Part shown: positions 1 through 9,000 of the stretch, piece after piece
Layout of the letters: each line of letters begins with the position of its first letter
Numbering within the stretch: position 1 is the first letter of the stretch
The notes under the pieces: generated by a model
What the model saw: the letters and a program-made list of their open reading frames with translations, nothing else
Databases searched by the model: none
Told to the model about the DNA's origin: nothing
Program-made: the position numbers and the translations under genes
DNA from: Candidatus Uhrbacteria bacterium
Lineage (GTDB): Bacteria; Patescibacteriota; Patescibacteriia; UBA9934
Length of the DNA stretch: 64,000 bases
Assembly: GCA_018664485.1 (NCBI GenBank)
Contig: JABJOE010000006.1
Coordinates: 7,294 to 71,293, forward strand
Reading direction: 5' to 3'

Positions 1-625
1 CGTTAATCAGTCCAGGAAGTGTGATAATTTCAGAAATTCCCTGTACCCCCTGTCGCAACACATCATCGATAATTTGGAAGGACTCTAGAAGAGAGGTCTT
101 CTTATCAATGATCTGTAGTACACGATCGTTTGGAATAGTAATAATTGTGTCGACGTGCTCTGAAAGCTCGTTGTATGCATCGTCGGCAATACGCTTGCGC
201 TGTGCTCCTTCAAATGAAAATGGCTTGGTAACAACGGCTACTGTAAGCGCTCCTGACTCGCGGGCAATCTTTGCAACTTCAGCGATAGATCCAGATCCAG
301 TCCCTCCGCCTAGTCCAGCCGTGAGGAAAACCATGTCAGTATTTGAAACAGAATTTCGGATATCATTCGCACTCTCTTCTGCTGCACGACGGCCGAGCTC
401 TGGATTCATACCAGCACCAAGTCCACGAGTTACAGTTTTACCAATAGCTAGCTTAGACTTTGCTAGGTTCTGGTGAAGAGCCTGGACATCGGTATTCACT
501 GCCACAAAATCAACGCCCCTTAGGTTCTCTTCAATCATTCTATTGATAGCCGAACCACCACCACCTCCGATACCAAAGACCTTAATCTTGGCGAATGTTT
601 CTATGTCTGGTTTTACCTGTGCCAT
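1..625 (-). CDS. ftsZ: Cell division protein FtsZ (5' part; runs off window start)
   Basis: Manual translation of the minus strand from ATG at 625: MAQVKPDIETFAKIKVFGIGGGGGSAINRM...AVNTDVQAL...TRGLGAGMNPELG...LGGGTGSG...KPFSFEG...IPND. Lies downstream of ftsA. Not in the ORF track. Confidence 0.97.
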   Translation of the reverse strand, partial: MAQVKPDIETFAKIKVFGIGGGGGSAINRMIEENLRGVDFVAVNTDVQALHQNLAKSKLAIGKTVTRGLGAGMNPELGRRAAEESANDIRNSVSNTDMVFLTAGLGGGTGSGSIAEVAKIARESGALTVAVVTKPFSFEGAQRKRIADDAYNELSEHVDTIITIPNDRVLQIIDKKTSLLESFQIIDDVLRQGVQGISEIITLPGLIN

Positions 626-765
626 ATGCGTATACAAAATTTATTTTCCCCCATTCGTGTTGAACACTTATTGTGTTCAATTTAGCTAACTCTAGAACAA
701 TTTTTGTACTCTCAATTTACCACATCTTAGGATCTATTAAAACTAAACGTGGATAAGTAGCTACA

Positions 766-948
766 GGTAATAATTCAGAAACGCCTTTCTCCTGAGCCTG
801 TGCTGTCTAGGGGTAGGTCGGTCTTCACAATCTGCAGAACCCGGTGTCCGTCGATTACCAATGGTTTCGACGGATAGGTTCTGCTATTCAATTACTCCGC
901 CAAACCGTGACCTTAGACTTGCTCGGAGCGTTTCTGAATTTTATTACC
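766..948 (+). ncRNA. Putative 6S-like structured RNA (rod with central bubble)
   Basis: Nested complementary arms (AATTCAGAAACGC/GCGTTTCTGAATT, CTCCTGAGC/GCTCGGAG, GTCTAGGG/CCTTAGAC, GCAGAACC/GGTTCTGC, TGTCCGTCGA/TCGACGGATA), an asymmetric unpaired bubble, and mismatches that read as G-U on the + strand. Confidence 0.5.
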
Positions 949-1013
949 CTTCGCTGTGGTTAAGGGAAATACGACAGCGGCAGCAATGCGTTTACCGTTG
1001 TTCAGTCGGAATC

Positions 1014-1041
1014 AAAAAAGAACGGTGTCATCAACCGTTCT
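1014..1041 (-). terminator. Intrinsic terminator after ftsA
   Basis: Stem AGAACGGT/ACCGTTCT with a T-run on the minus strand, ~40 nt past the ftsA stop. Confidence 0.65.
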
Positions 1042-1078
1042 CTATTCTGAGAAACATAGCCAGGGAAAATCTGAGAGC

Positions 1079-2329
1079 TTATGGCACTAACGATTTCAAC
1101 CATGTTCGGATCTGCTCCCCAACCTGCCCGAAACCATCCCATTTAAGGAAACTTAGTCCTCGTCGCTGTGAACCACGAATGCTGTAACCCCAAATAGCCA
1201 ATCCAACGGCAGTTGCGTAGCTTGGATCCTTAACCTCATCTATAACGCTACTTACACCAACCGTCTGTCCGATAGTAGCTGGAAGACGCAAAACCCGTTT
1301 CGCAACGCTTGATACGCCCTGTAAATTCATCGTAGCTCCAGTAAGTACGATACCGACAGGAAGCATTCCAGATCGATCAATCTTACGCAATTCATCGTCC
1401 ACCGCCTCAAACAACTCTTCAACTCGCGCCTCAATAACCTCTGAGACAAAGCGAGCTTTTACAGGGTCTTCCTCAGACGAACCAAAGTCCTGTAGCGTGA
1501 ACACATCTTTACGATCGACATCATCTGGCGATGCATTTCCAATCCGCATCTTAATATCCTCCGCAACCTCAAGTGAAGTTTTCAACCCGATAGCAATATC
1601 ATTTGTAATGTGATCACCTCCAACTGGCAGAACAGCCGTATGGAGAATATCTCCCTCCTCGAAAACCGCCATGGTAGTGGTAGAAGCTCCGATATCAATC
1701 ACGCATACTCCCAACTCCTTTTGCCGGTTTGTGAGCACTGCCTCGGCAGTAGCAAGTGGCGTGAACACCAAGTCGTCGATATTCAAACCTGTCCTGTATA
1801 CACTTTTTGTAAGATTCTTAATGTGAGACGACAGTGTCTGGATAATAACTGCATCAACCTCTAAACGGATCCCATTCATGCCTACAGGGTCTTTAATACC
1901 CTGCTGACCGTCCACTGTGAAGCTTTTAGGGATAACATGGAGTATTTCGTAGTTTGAGGGTGTTGCAACAGTACGGGCGGCCTCAATAGCACGCTCAACG
2001 TCCTCTTCCTTAATCTCACCATCTCCACGGCCGACTCCAACCACACCCCTACTCTCTTGAACAAAAATATGATGCCCTGCGATAGACGTCCAAGCACTGT
2101 TGACTGCAACTCCTGTCATGCGCTCAGCACGCTCTAAAGCCTTTGAAATCGAAGAAACAGCATCTTCCATGCTGGAAATACTACCTTTATGGATCCCCTC
2201 CGACGGTACAGAAACCGCACCAATGATATGTAATTGTGCCTTACCCTCATCTGAAGGGACTGCCTGACCTACAACGACACGAATATGGGATGAACCCAGG
2301 TCAAGACCGGCGATTAAATCATCTGACAT
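1079..2329 (-). CDS. ftsA: Cell division protein FtsA
   Basis: AGLDLGSS, IDIGASTT, GGDHITNDIA and YATAVGL motifs; upstream of ftsZ. Confidence 0.97.
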   Translation of the reverse strand: MSDDLIAGLDLGSSHIRVVVGQAVPSDEGKAQLHIIGAVSVPSEGIHKGSISSMEDAVSSISKALERAERMTGVAVNSAWTSIAGHHIFVQESRGVVGVGRGDGEIKEEDVERAIEAARTVATPSNYEILHVIPKSFTVDGQQGIKDPVGMNGIRLEVDAVIIQTLSSHIKNLTKSVYRTGLNIDDLVFTPLATAEAVLTNRQKELGVCVIDIGASTTTMAVFEEGDILHTAVLPVGGDHITNDIAIGLKTSLEVAEDIKMRIGNASPDDVDRKDVFTLQDFGSSEEDPVKARFVSEVIEARVEELFEAVDDELRKIDRSGMLPVGIVLTGATMNLQGVSSVAKRVLRLPATIGQTVGVSSVIDEVKDPSYATAVGLAIWGYSIRGSQRRGLSFLKWDGFGQVGEQIRTWLKSLVP

Positions 2330-2353
2330 AGTAATAGTATAGCCGACATTGCC

Positions 2354-2722
2354 TTATACGAACAGTTCCGCCAAGGCTGGCAGTAAAATCATTAACCCAA
2401 TGATAACTGATGTTATAGATGTAAGTAAAACGGCTCCAGCCATCATATCCTTCACTTCCTTTACCATGGGATTCAATCGAGGCTTTAATCCGTCTGTAAT
2501 TCGCTCTACGATACTGTTTACAACCTCCATTATTAATACGGATGCTGAAAGTAGGATGAGTATGACTTGCTCCCAAGTAGCGAGGTCCAGTAGAAAGATA
2601 AGTATTACAACTACGATCAGTCCTGCCAATTGCAGTCTAAAACTCTGCTCGTGTCGTGCAACATTTTTAAGTCCACGGATAGCGTGACTCAAACTTCTTC
2701 TAAACTGCTTTATTGAAATCAT
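2354..2722 (-). CDS. dgkA: Diacylglycerol/undecaprenol kinase (DgkA family)
   Basis: EVVNSIVERITD and VKDMMAGAVL motifs, three hydrophobic helices; follows ybeY, a common pairing. Confidence 0.88.
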   Translation of the reverse strand: MISIKQFRRSLSHAIRGLKNVARHEQSFRLQLAGLIVVVILIFLLDLATWEQVILILLSASVLIMEVVNSIVERITDGLKPRLNPMVKEVKDMMAGAVLLTSITSVIIGLMILLPALAELFV

Positions 2723-3138
2723 ACTACTAGAACTTTATCGACAATATCATCTTGAATTTGAAACATCTTCTCCGCATCTTCTGACACCTCATGATCGTAT
2801 CCCAACACATGCAATATACCGTGAACGATGAGCATGGACACTTCGTCGCTTGCTCCGTTTGGCGCCTGCCTTTCCGCTTGTGCGTAGCAAATTGCAACGT
2901 CACCCAGAAGCTCTCCCGGGTCATGCATATAGGAAAACGAAAGCACGTCTGTAACTGAGTCCTTCCCTCGATACATCCGGTTTAATTTATGTATCTCACG
3001 TTCATCGACAAATCGCAAAGCGATAACTCCGTCCGCTTTTTGTGAATCGTTCACCAAACGAACAATGTTATCAAATCTACCTTCTGCCAATTGCTGATCA
3101 GAAGTTAAAGCCTCCTGATTCACATCGAGCGTTATCAC
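2719..3138 (-). CDS. ybeY: rRNA maturation endonuclease YbeY
   Basis: LNRMYRGKDSVTDVLSF and HGILHVLGYDH motifs. Confidence 0.95.
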   Translation of the reverse strand: MITLDVNQEALTSDQQLAEGRFDNIVRLVNDSQKADGVIALRFVDEREIHKLNRMYRGKDSVTDVLSFSYMHDPGELLGDVAICYAQAERQAPNGASDEVSMLIVHGILHVLGYDHEVSEDAEKMFQIQDDIVDKVLVV

Positions 3139-4142
3139 AAAGCGATAATGTAAAAACTATTGATTAGCATCTGGAATGTCTGGAGGAAGTCAACGGTAAC
3201 CTCATCATCCAAATCATACGTGAAAGAATAGAAGAAACTGTCAGTAACCACGACCGATGTCCGCTCATCGCTACTCATATAGACCACATAGCCCTCCTTT
3301 GTAAGGAGTTCAATTGACATTGGGAAAGACGTTTCGATTGCAGGCGTTATAACTATAGAAAAGCTTGCATTTGTATTTGTGCTAACGACTACTTCTTGTA
3401 CTCCTTCGGCTGGATCTACCGCTTCGCTCACATCCCAGCCGGTTGGATGCGTAAATCTAAATACTTCGTCTGAAGACACAAACTCTTCCACGGCTCCGGT
3501 GTCCAAAAGCGTTGCCCCTGAAGTGCTCAATGGACTGTAACGATGGAAAACTTCATTACCATCTAGGAATGAATCACCGTCTGAATCTGGGTTTCGATCA
3601 TCTGTACCGTACAGATCTTCCTCAACATCTGTAAGGCCATCACTGTCGGTATCAACGCCAGGTCCCGGCTCTACAACATCTTCTGGGCGATCATCTTTTG
3701 AATCGCATACGTCACCCTTATCATCGTCGTCTATATCAGATTGGCTGGCGTTTGCATCTTCTGGACAGTTATCTTCACTGTCAATAATTCCATCTCCATC
3801 GATGTCGTCTGTCACCTCCTCTTCTTCTACGTTTAGAGATTGCACTACAAAATACCCAACCACAGCAAGTACAGTGATCAGAACTATTCCAACACCCAAA
3901 ATAATGAAAGGTGCCTTGCTTTTCTTTTTTGGCACAGGCTTTGGTGCAGGTTTCGGTTTTGGAACTGGTTTCGGCTTCGGCACAGGCTTAGGTGCTGGCT
4001 TTGGAAGTTCTTTCACCGTCGCCTTCTTCTGCGCGAATGATGCTGGCATTACATGAATTTCAACATCTGAAAGAAGCGACTTGCGCTCTTTCTCCTGCTT
4101 TGCTAGCTCTTCAGGTTTCATGTTTTTACCAGACTTCTTCAT
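3135..4142 (-). CDS. Single-pass membrane protein with Pro/Lys-rich N-terminus and thrombospondin-type-3-like Ca-binding repeats
   Basis: PKP repeats, one TM helix, DIDGDGIIDSEDNCP...DDDDKGDVCD and DTDSDGLTD..E...GTD...DSDGD..LDG.EV. Confidence 0.75.
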   Translation of the reverse strand: MKKSGKNMKPEELAKQEKERKSLLSDVEIHVMPASFAQKKATVKELPKPAPKPVPKPKPVPKPKPAPKPVPKKKSKAPFIILGVGIVLITVLAVVGYFVVQSLNVEEEEVTDDIDGDGIIDSEDNCPEDANASQSDIDDDDKGDVCDSKDDRPEDVVEPGPGVDTDSDGLTDVEEDLYGTDDRNPDSDGDSFLDGNEVFHRYSPLSTSGATLLDTGAVEEFVSSDEVFRFTHPTGWDVSEAVDPAEGVQEVVVSTNTNASFSIVITPAIETSFPMSIELLTKEGYVVYMSSDERTSVVVTDSFFYSFTYDLDDEVTVDFLQTFQMLINSFYIIAL

Positions 4143-4151
4143 AAAAAACGT

Positions 4152-4883
4152 CTATGGTTGATCAGGAATCTCGAACAGTTTTCCGTCACCATTTGGATTA
4201 AATCCACCTGCTACTTCTTGACCATCTAAATATCCATCTCCATCTGTATCAGCTTCAAGAGGATCTGTTCCGTAAACCTGAACCTCTTCACGATCTCCAA
4301 GTCCGTCTTTGTCTGTATCTAACTCGGAAGGGTCGGTACCCGCTACGATTTCTTCTGCGTCCGTTAGACCGTCACCATCGGAATCTACTTCCTCGGTTTC
4401 TTCCTCCGGATCTTCATCTTCAATAACCTCATCGTCCACAACTTCGTCATCTACCACCTCATCGGCAACCACTTCGTCATCTACTACCTCTACTGTTTCT
4501 TCATCGATAATCTCATCATCGATTGTAGATGGGCCAAAAATCAATGCATACGCAAGCCACCCTGCAACACTAATAATTACAAGAGCAACAATAACGATTA
4601 ATAGAATCTTACCAAACCCTGACTTACGTTTTGGCATCATTGGTGGTGCTACCGGGGACCCACCTGCGGACGGTGGGACTGGTACTGGCGCGCCCGTTGG
4701 TGCCTGTGCCACGGGAGCTGGTGCCGGAGTTGGCACGGGAGTAGGTACTGGCGCCGGTGCCGGGGTTGGCGCAGGTGCTGCGGCCGCTACTGGCAAATTC
4801 ACCGGAGCATCAAACATATCTTCAACGGGTGGTTGAGGTGCCGCTCCTGGTTTTGGTGTCTGGTCATCGAACATAATTAACAA
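4152..4883 (-). CDS. Single-pass membrane protein with Pro/Ala-rich N-terminus and acidic DxDxDG repeats
   Basis: PAP/PTP repeats, TM helix, DDEVV repeats, DSDGDGLTDAEE...GTDP...DTDGDGYLDGQEV. Confidence 0.75.
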   Translation of the reverse strand: MLIMFDDQTPKPGAAPQPPVEDMFDAPVNLPVAAAAPAPTPAPAPVPTPVPTPAPAPVAQAPTGAPVPVPPSAGGSPVAPPMMPKRKSGFGKILLIVIVALVIISVAGWLAYALIFGPSTIDDEIIDEETVEVVDDEVVADEVVDDEVVDDEVIEDEDPEEETEEVDSDGDGLTDAEEIVAGTDPSELDTDKDGLGDREEVQVYGTDPLEADTDGDGYLDGQEVAGGFNPNGDGKLFEIPDQP

Positions 4884-4907
4884 TAACAGTAACTATTTAC
4901 ATTAACA

Positions 4908-5852
4908 CTACTCGACTTCCGCTTCGGCCAAAGGATCAAACCCACCAGCGACTTCGTCTCCATCGGAGTAACCGTCACCATCTGTGTCAGCATTCGTTGG
5001 ATCAGTCTCATAATCGCGCAATTCATCATAGTCAGTCAGACCATCTGAATCTGTATCAACCATATCATCGCTCGTGCCGGCCTCACCTTCTTGAAGTAAA
5101 TTCAGTCCGTCACCGTCTTCATCGATTGATGAAAACATGTCCTTACATGACTCAATTGCAGAAGATGTAGCCAGCCAATTGCAAGCAGTTATATTACCAA
5201 CAATTACAGCTTCTTCCAGATCATTTTGGTCATTACACAGTGTGACATCTACTCCGCTCTTATTACAATTTCCGGATGAAGCTGCGTTAGCGCTTATAGC
5301 TAGCTGACAGCGACCAACCACACTCTCGTCATTCATTTTACTGCAGTCATCATACTCAAGCGAATCAACGATCGACTCAAACGAAACTGAATCGAAACAA
5401 TCATCTTGAGACTCACCTTCTAATAACTGACACACATCCGTATCGTCAGTTTCTTTCGCGATAAATAGAATACAATTCTCTGCAGCATCATCACTCGCGG
5501 ACTCAAGACACACAGACGGCTCCATGAGTTCTCGAGCGATGTCCGTCCAAACATGATCTACACAATACTGTTCATCCTCTTCCTCCTCGCATTCCTTAAG
5601 GTCTGCCTTAATCAATTCGTATACCTCTGAAATCTCATCGTTCGTCATCTCTTGTACGCTTGACCCGAGAAGTGCGCGAACACCCCAAACTGCCAACAAT
5701 GCAACTAGTATCAATATAAGAATTACAACAATGTACCGGACCAAAGGTCTATGAACTGGAGGTTGCGACTCACCCGTTCCCGATACCTCTACCGGCGCAA
5801 CTGGCTGTCCAGATGCATCAAGTTCATAAAATTGTTGATCTTTTGATTCCAT
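4908..5852 (-). CDS. Single-pass membrane protein with Cys-spaced helical repeats and C-terminal DxDxDG repeats
   Basis: TM helix, repeated C-x9..10-C units, DTDSDGLTD...TDP...DTDGDGYSDGDEV. Confidence 0.75.
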   Translation of the reverse strand: MESKDQQFYELDASGQPVAPVEVSGTGESQPPVHRPLVRYIVVILILILVALLAVWGVRALLGSSVQEMTNDEISEVYELIKADLKECEEEEDEQYCVDHVWTDIARELMEPSVCLESASDDAAENCILFIAKETDDTDVCQLLEGESQDDCFDSVSFESIVDSLEYDDCSKMNDESVVGRCQLAISANAASSGNCNKSGVDVTLCNDQNDLEEAVIVGNITACNWLATSSAIESCKDMFSSIDEDGDGLNLLQEGEAGTSDDMVDTDSDGLTDYDELRDYETDPTNADTDGDGYSDGDEVAGGFDPLAEAEVE

Positions 5853-6032
5853 GTGATGTATTTACTCAACTTATAGTCTCGTTATTGAACTGCTAGCAAA
5901 CTTTTTGGACGTATGTATTTTAGATCAATTTCACCTGTGCAGATACCCTAGTAAAACTAACCGGGGACCGCCTGTCCTTCGTAGCTTTAGCGCAGAATGG
6001 ATAAGTTGAAAATGGTCCAAATACATAGTCCA

Positions 6033-9000
6033 TTACGGTTCGCAATACCTGAATCTCATATCATCAAGCGAGACCGTTCCACCGCTATCATTGTCATCAA
6101 ATGAAATTCGAATTGGAATCTCCTGTGAGTTCTCGCCGTCACACGCAAACCCTGCGGGCCACGGAATCTCTACGTCGTCCCCCTCTGTAACGTTTCCACT
6201 TACAGCCTCACCGTCAATTACGTACGTGAAACGAATCGATACGATTGAATTTACAATCTCTTCATAGATCTCCTCCAACTCATCGGCTGATGAACCGTTA
6301 TGAGCATAGTCAACATCATTGTCATCATTCGGGTTACCAGAAGACCAACATGCCATTTGATCGATCAAATCAAGATCAACATAATCAGCGGCACAAGTTT
6401 CAGATGTAGCCGCACGCGCTACTGGGATCTCGACTAATTCAAGCGCGAAGTCGGCGACAGACTCAGCTATAGACATAACTTTCCATTCCTTGATATTCCA
6501 GGAGATACGTACAGGTGAAATCCATGGAGAGTATAACGTCTCTGCTGGACAGTCGAACGGACAGTCCGCGTATGTCTCTCCCACATCACAACTCCCATCA
6601 TTATTACATGAAGACGTACCGGAACCACTACCTGGGTTACATGTAGCATCACAGCCACCGCATGTCGTTATGTCAGCTACACCCCCTTCAGCATAACAGT
6701 CATACGTAGACACGCCATAGTATCCCGAACAACACTCCCATGAAATAACGCAGCTACTACTACAGCTAGATATATCTGAGCCGGTATCACCATCACAAGT
6801 TTCACCGTCTGCAGTATTTGTATATTCGTCACCACACTCGGATTCCTGACAGTCGGTAGCAGGATGATCATCTTCATCAGCTTCTTCGTCATAATTACAG
6901 TCTGCAGTTTCCGTTCCGCCTGAATCACACTCCTCTTCGCCATTAATTACTCCATCTCCACAAACCGGAGAGGTACACTCGTTGGTACAATCATCTTCGT
7001 CTACATCATTTCCATCATCACACTGTTCATCTGCAACATCATCGACTACTCCGTTTCCACACAAGGAATCCATCCACTCCTCCTCGTCCATCCAACCATC
7101 CTCCGTTCGATAATCATCGCAGAATGCATCTTCTACTGGCGACACTTCACTGTCAGACCCTGAATATAGGGCGACTGTGTAAATCTCGACCCCGTCATCC
7201 TTTAGCTGACATGCCATGAGTGCCGGGTCGATCTGTGACGCACCACAACTCTCACAACTCCATAAACCATCCGTCATCAATACAACAATTTGACGATCAT
7301 CGGTGCTAGAATAAGTAGTAAACGCTGTCTGAGCAGCCTTAAGTCCGTAGTAAGTATAAGTACCACTGCGTGCAATGTATGAAGCGACCTCAGACTGTGC
7401 ATATACGCTATTGTCTGCATCATAGAAGAAGCCATCGTCGACATTTGAAGCGTATGTATATTCAACTTCCTCAACCGCTCCACACGTCTCCGTATCTGGA
7501 TCACAATCAGAGTCTTCCATATAGTTGGTGAATCCAATGAACCCAATTTCTACGCCACTACCGAGACCTTCAAAGATTCCGTCAACCGAAGTCTGTAGAG
7601 AGTCGATCGTCGTATCCATTCGAGTTTCACCTTCACATTCAACAGACTCATCCTCTTCACATGTTGAGTCATAATGACAGCTTGTACCGTCGTCAGCACA
7701 AGTACCATCCCAGACGTATGCCATTGATCCAGACATATCCGTTGAGAAGATAATCTTTGTGTCTGGAATATCGAATTCGTAATCAACGTCGGCAGTTAAC
7801 CTTGTAGCTACAGTACACGCTGGGAAATAGACAGTCGCTGAGTTTCCGTAAGTAAGCAATGTTCCACTGACATCAGCATCGTATGAAATCATTTCGATTT
7901 CATTACTTCGTCTTGCGCCCAGCTCGTTAGTCTTCATCAAGAGTTGGTCGTTCTCGTAGGTAAACGGACAAGTAGACTCGCAACCATCTGCACAACTCGG
8001 AAGAATACATTCGCCATCTCCGTCGTCGTCTTCGCAGCCACTATCATTAAGGCACATCAGCCCATTATTATCACCACCATTACAGACACCCACATTGGAA
8101 CATCCATAATATGCCAAACTGTCAGGCCCCACGATTACAGCACCTTCGTCTTCTCGATCACACATTCCATACACGTTACCCTCGGGATATAACGATCCGT
8201 CCAACTGAGCGTACCAATAAGGTAGGTCGGTTCCATCACAAACTTCTTCATCTTCTATTATTGTATCTCCACAAAATGCTCCGGAGTACGTTACTTGAAC
8301 ACATGAATCGTTACAGTAAGAACATGTTGAGTCGTATTGAGAATCGCAAACCACTCCATTATCTGACCCTTCATCACATTGCTCTTCGCCATCATAAAGA
8401 TATCCATCTCCACAAACATTTAACTGACACTCGGTAGTACAGTCATCTGTAGAGTCATCGTTTCCGTCGTCACACTCCTCACCATCATCAACAACTCCAT
8501 CTCCACAATCGGATGATGCCACACAGCTAACACCCTGCCAGAATGCCGTTGTAGACCAAGGACTATTCCATCCACAAGTCTCACCACCTTCACCGTCATC
8601 GGCACAAGTGATAGTTCTAGTTGTTGGGAATGTTGAAGTTGAGCATACTCCGTCGTCCGTTCCACAATATGAGTTAGAAGTACACGGATAACCGATCAGA
8701 CTTTCAGTACCGGCCAAACATACTGTTGTTATCTCACATGCCTCAGACCATGACGAAGAACTATCTCCACATACCGCGCTGTCGCAGTCGGCATCGTCTT
8801 CACAAGCAGCACCTTCGTCAGTACCACCTACACATAATTCACCATCCCATGAGTCACTATTTCCATCACATACCTCTCCCTCACCATCATCAACTTCTCC
8901 GTCTCCACAGAATGAAGCGGCTCCTGAACAATCCCAGGCACAACTGCTATTAGGGTTTGAATTGTATGTTGAGTTTAAGTCAGTACATGCTGAACCTCCG

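Noticed and set aside
21-476. 151-aa + strand ORF
   Set aside because: Antisense shadow of ftsZ.
861-1187. 108-aa + strand ORF
   Set aside because: Overlaps the structured RNA candidate, a terminator and the ftsA end; no protein-like features.
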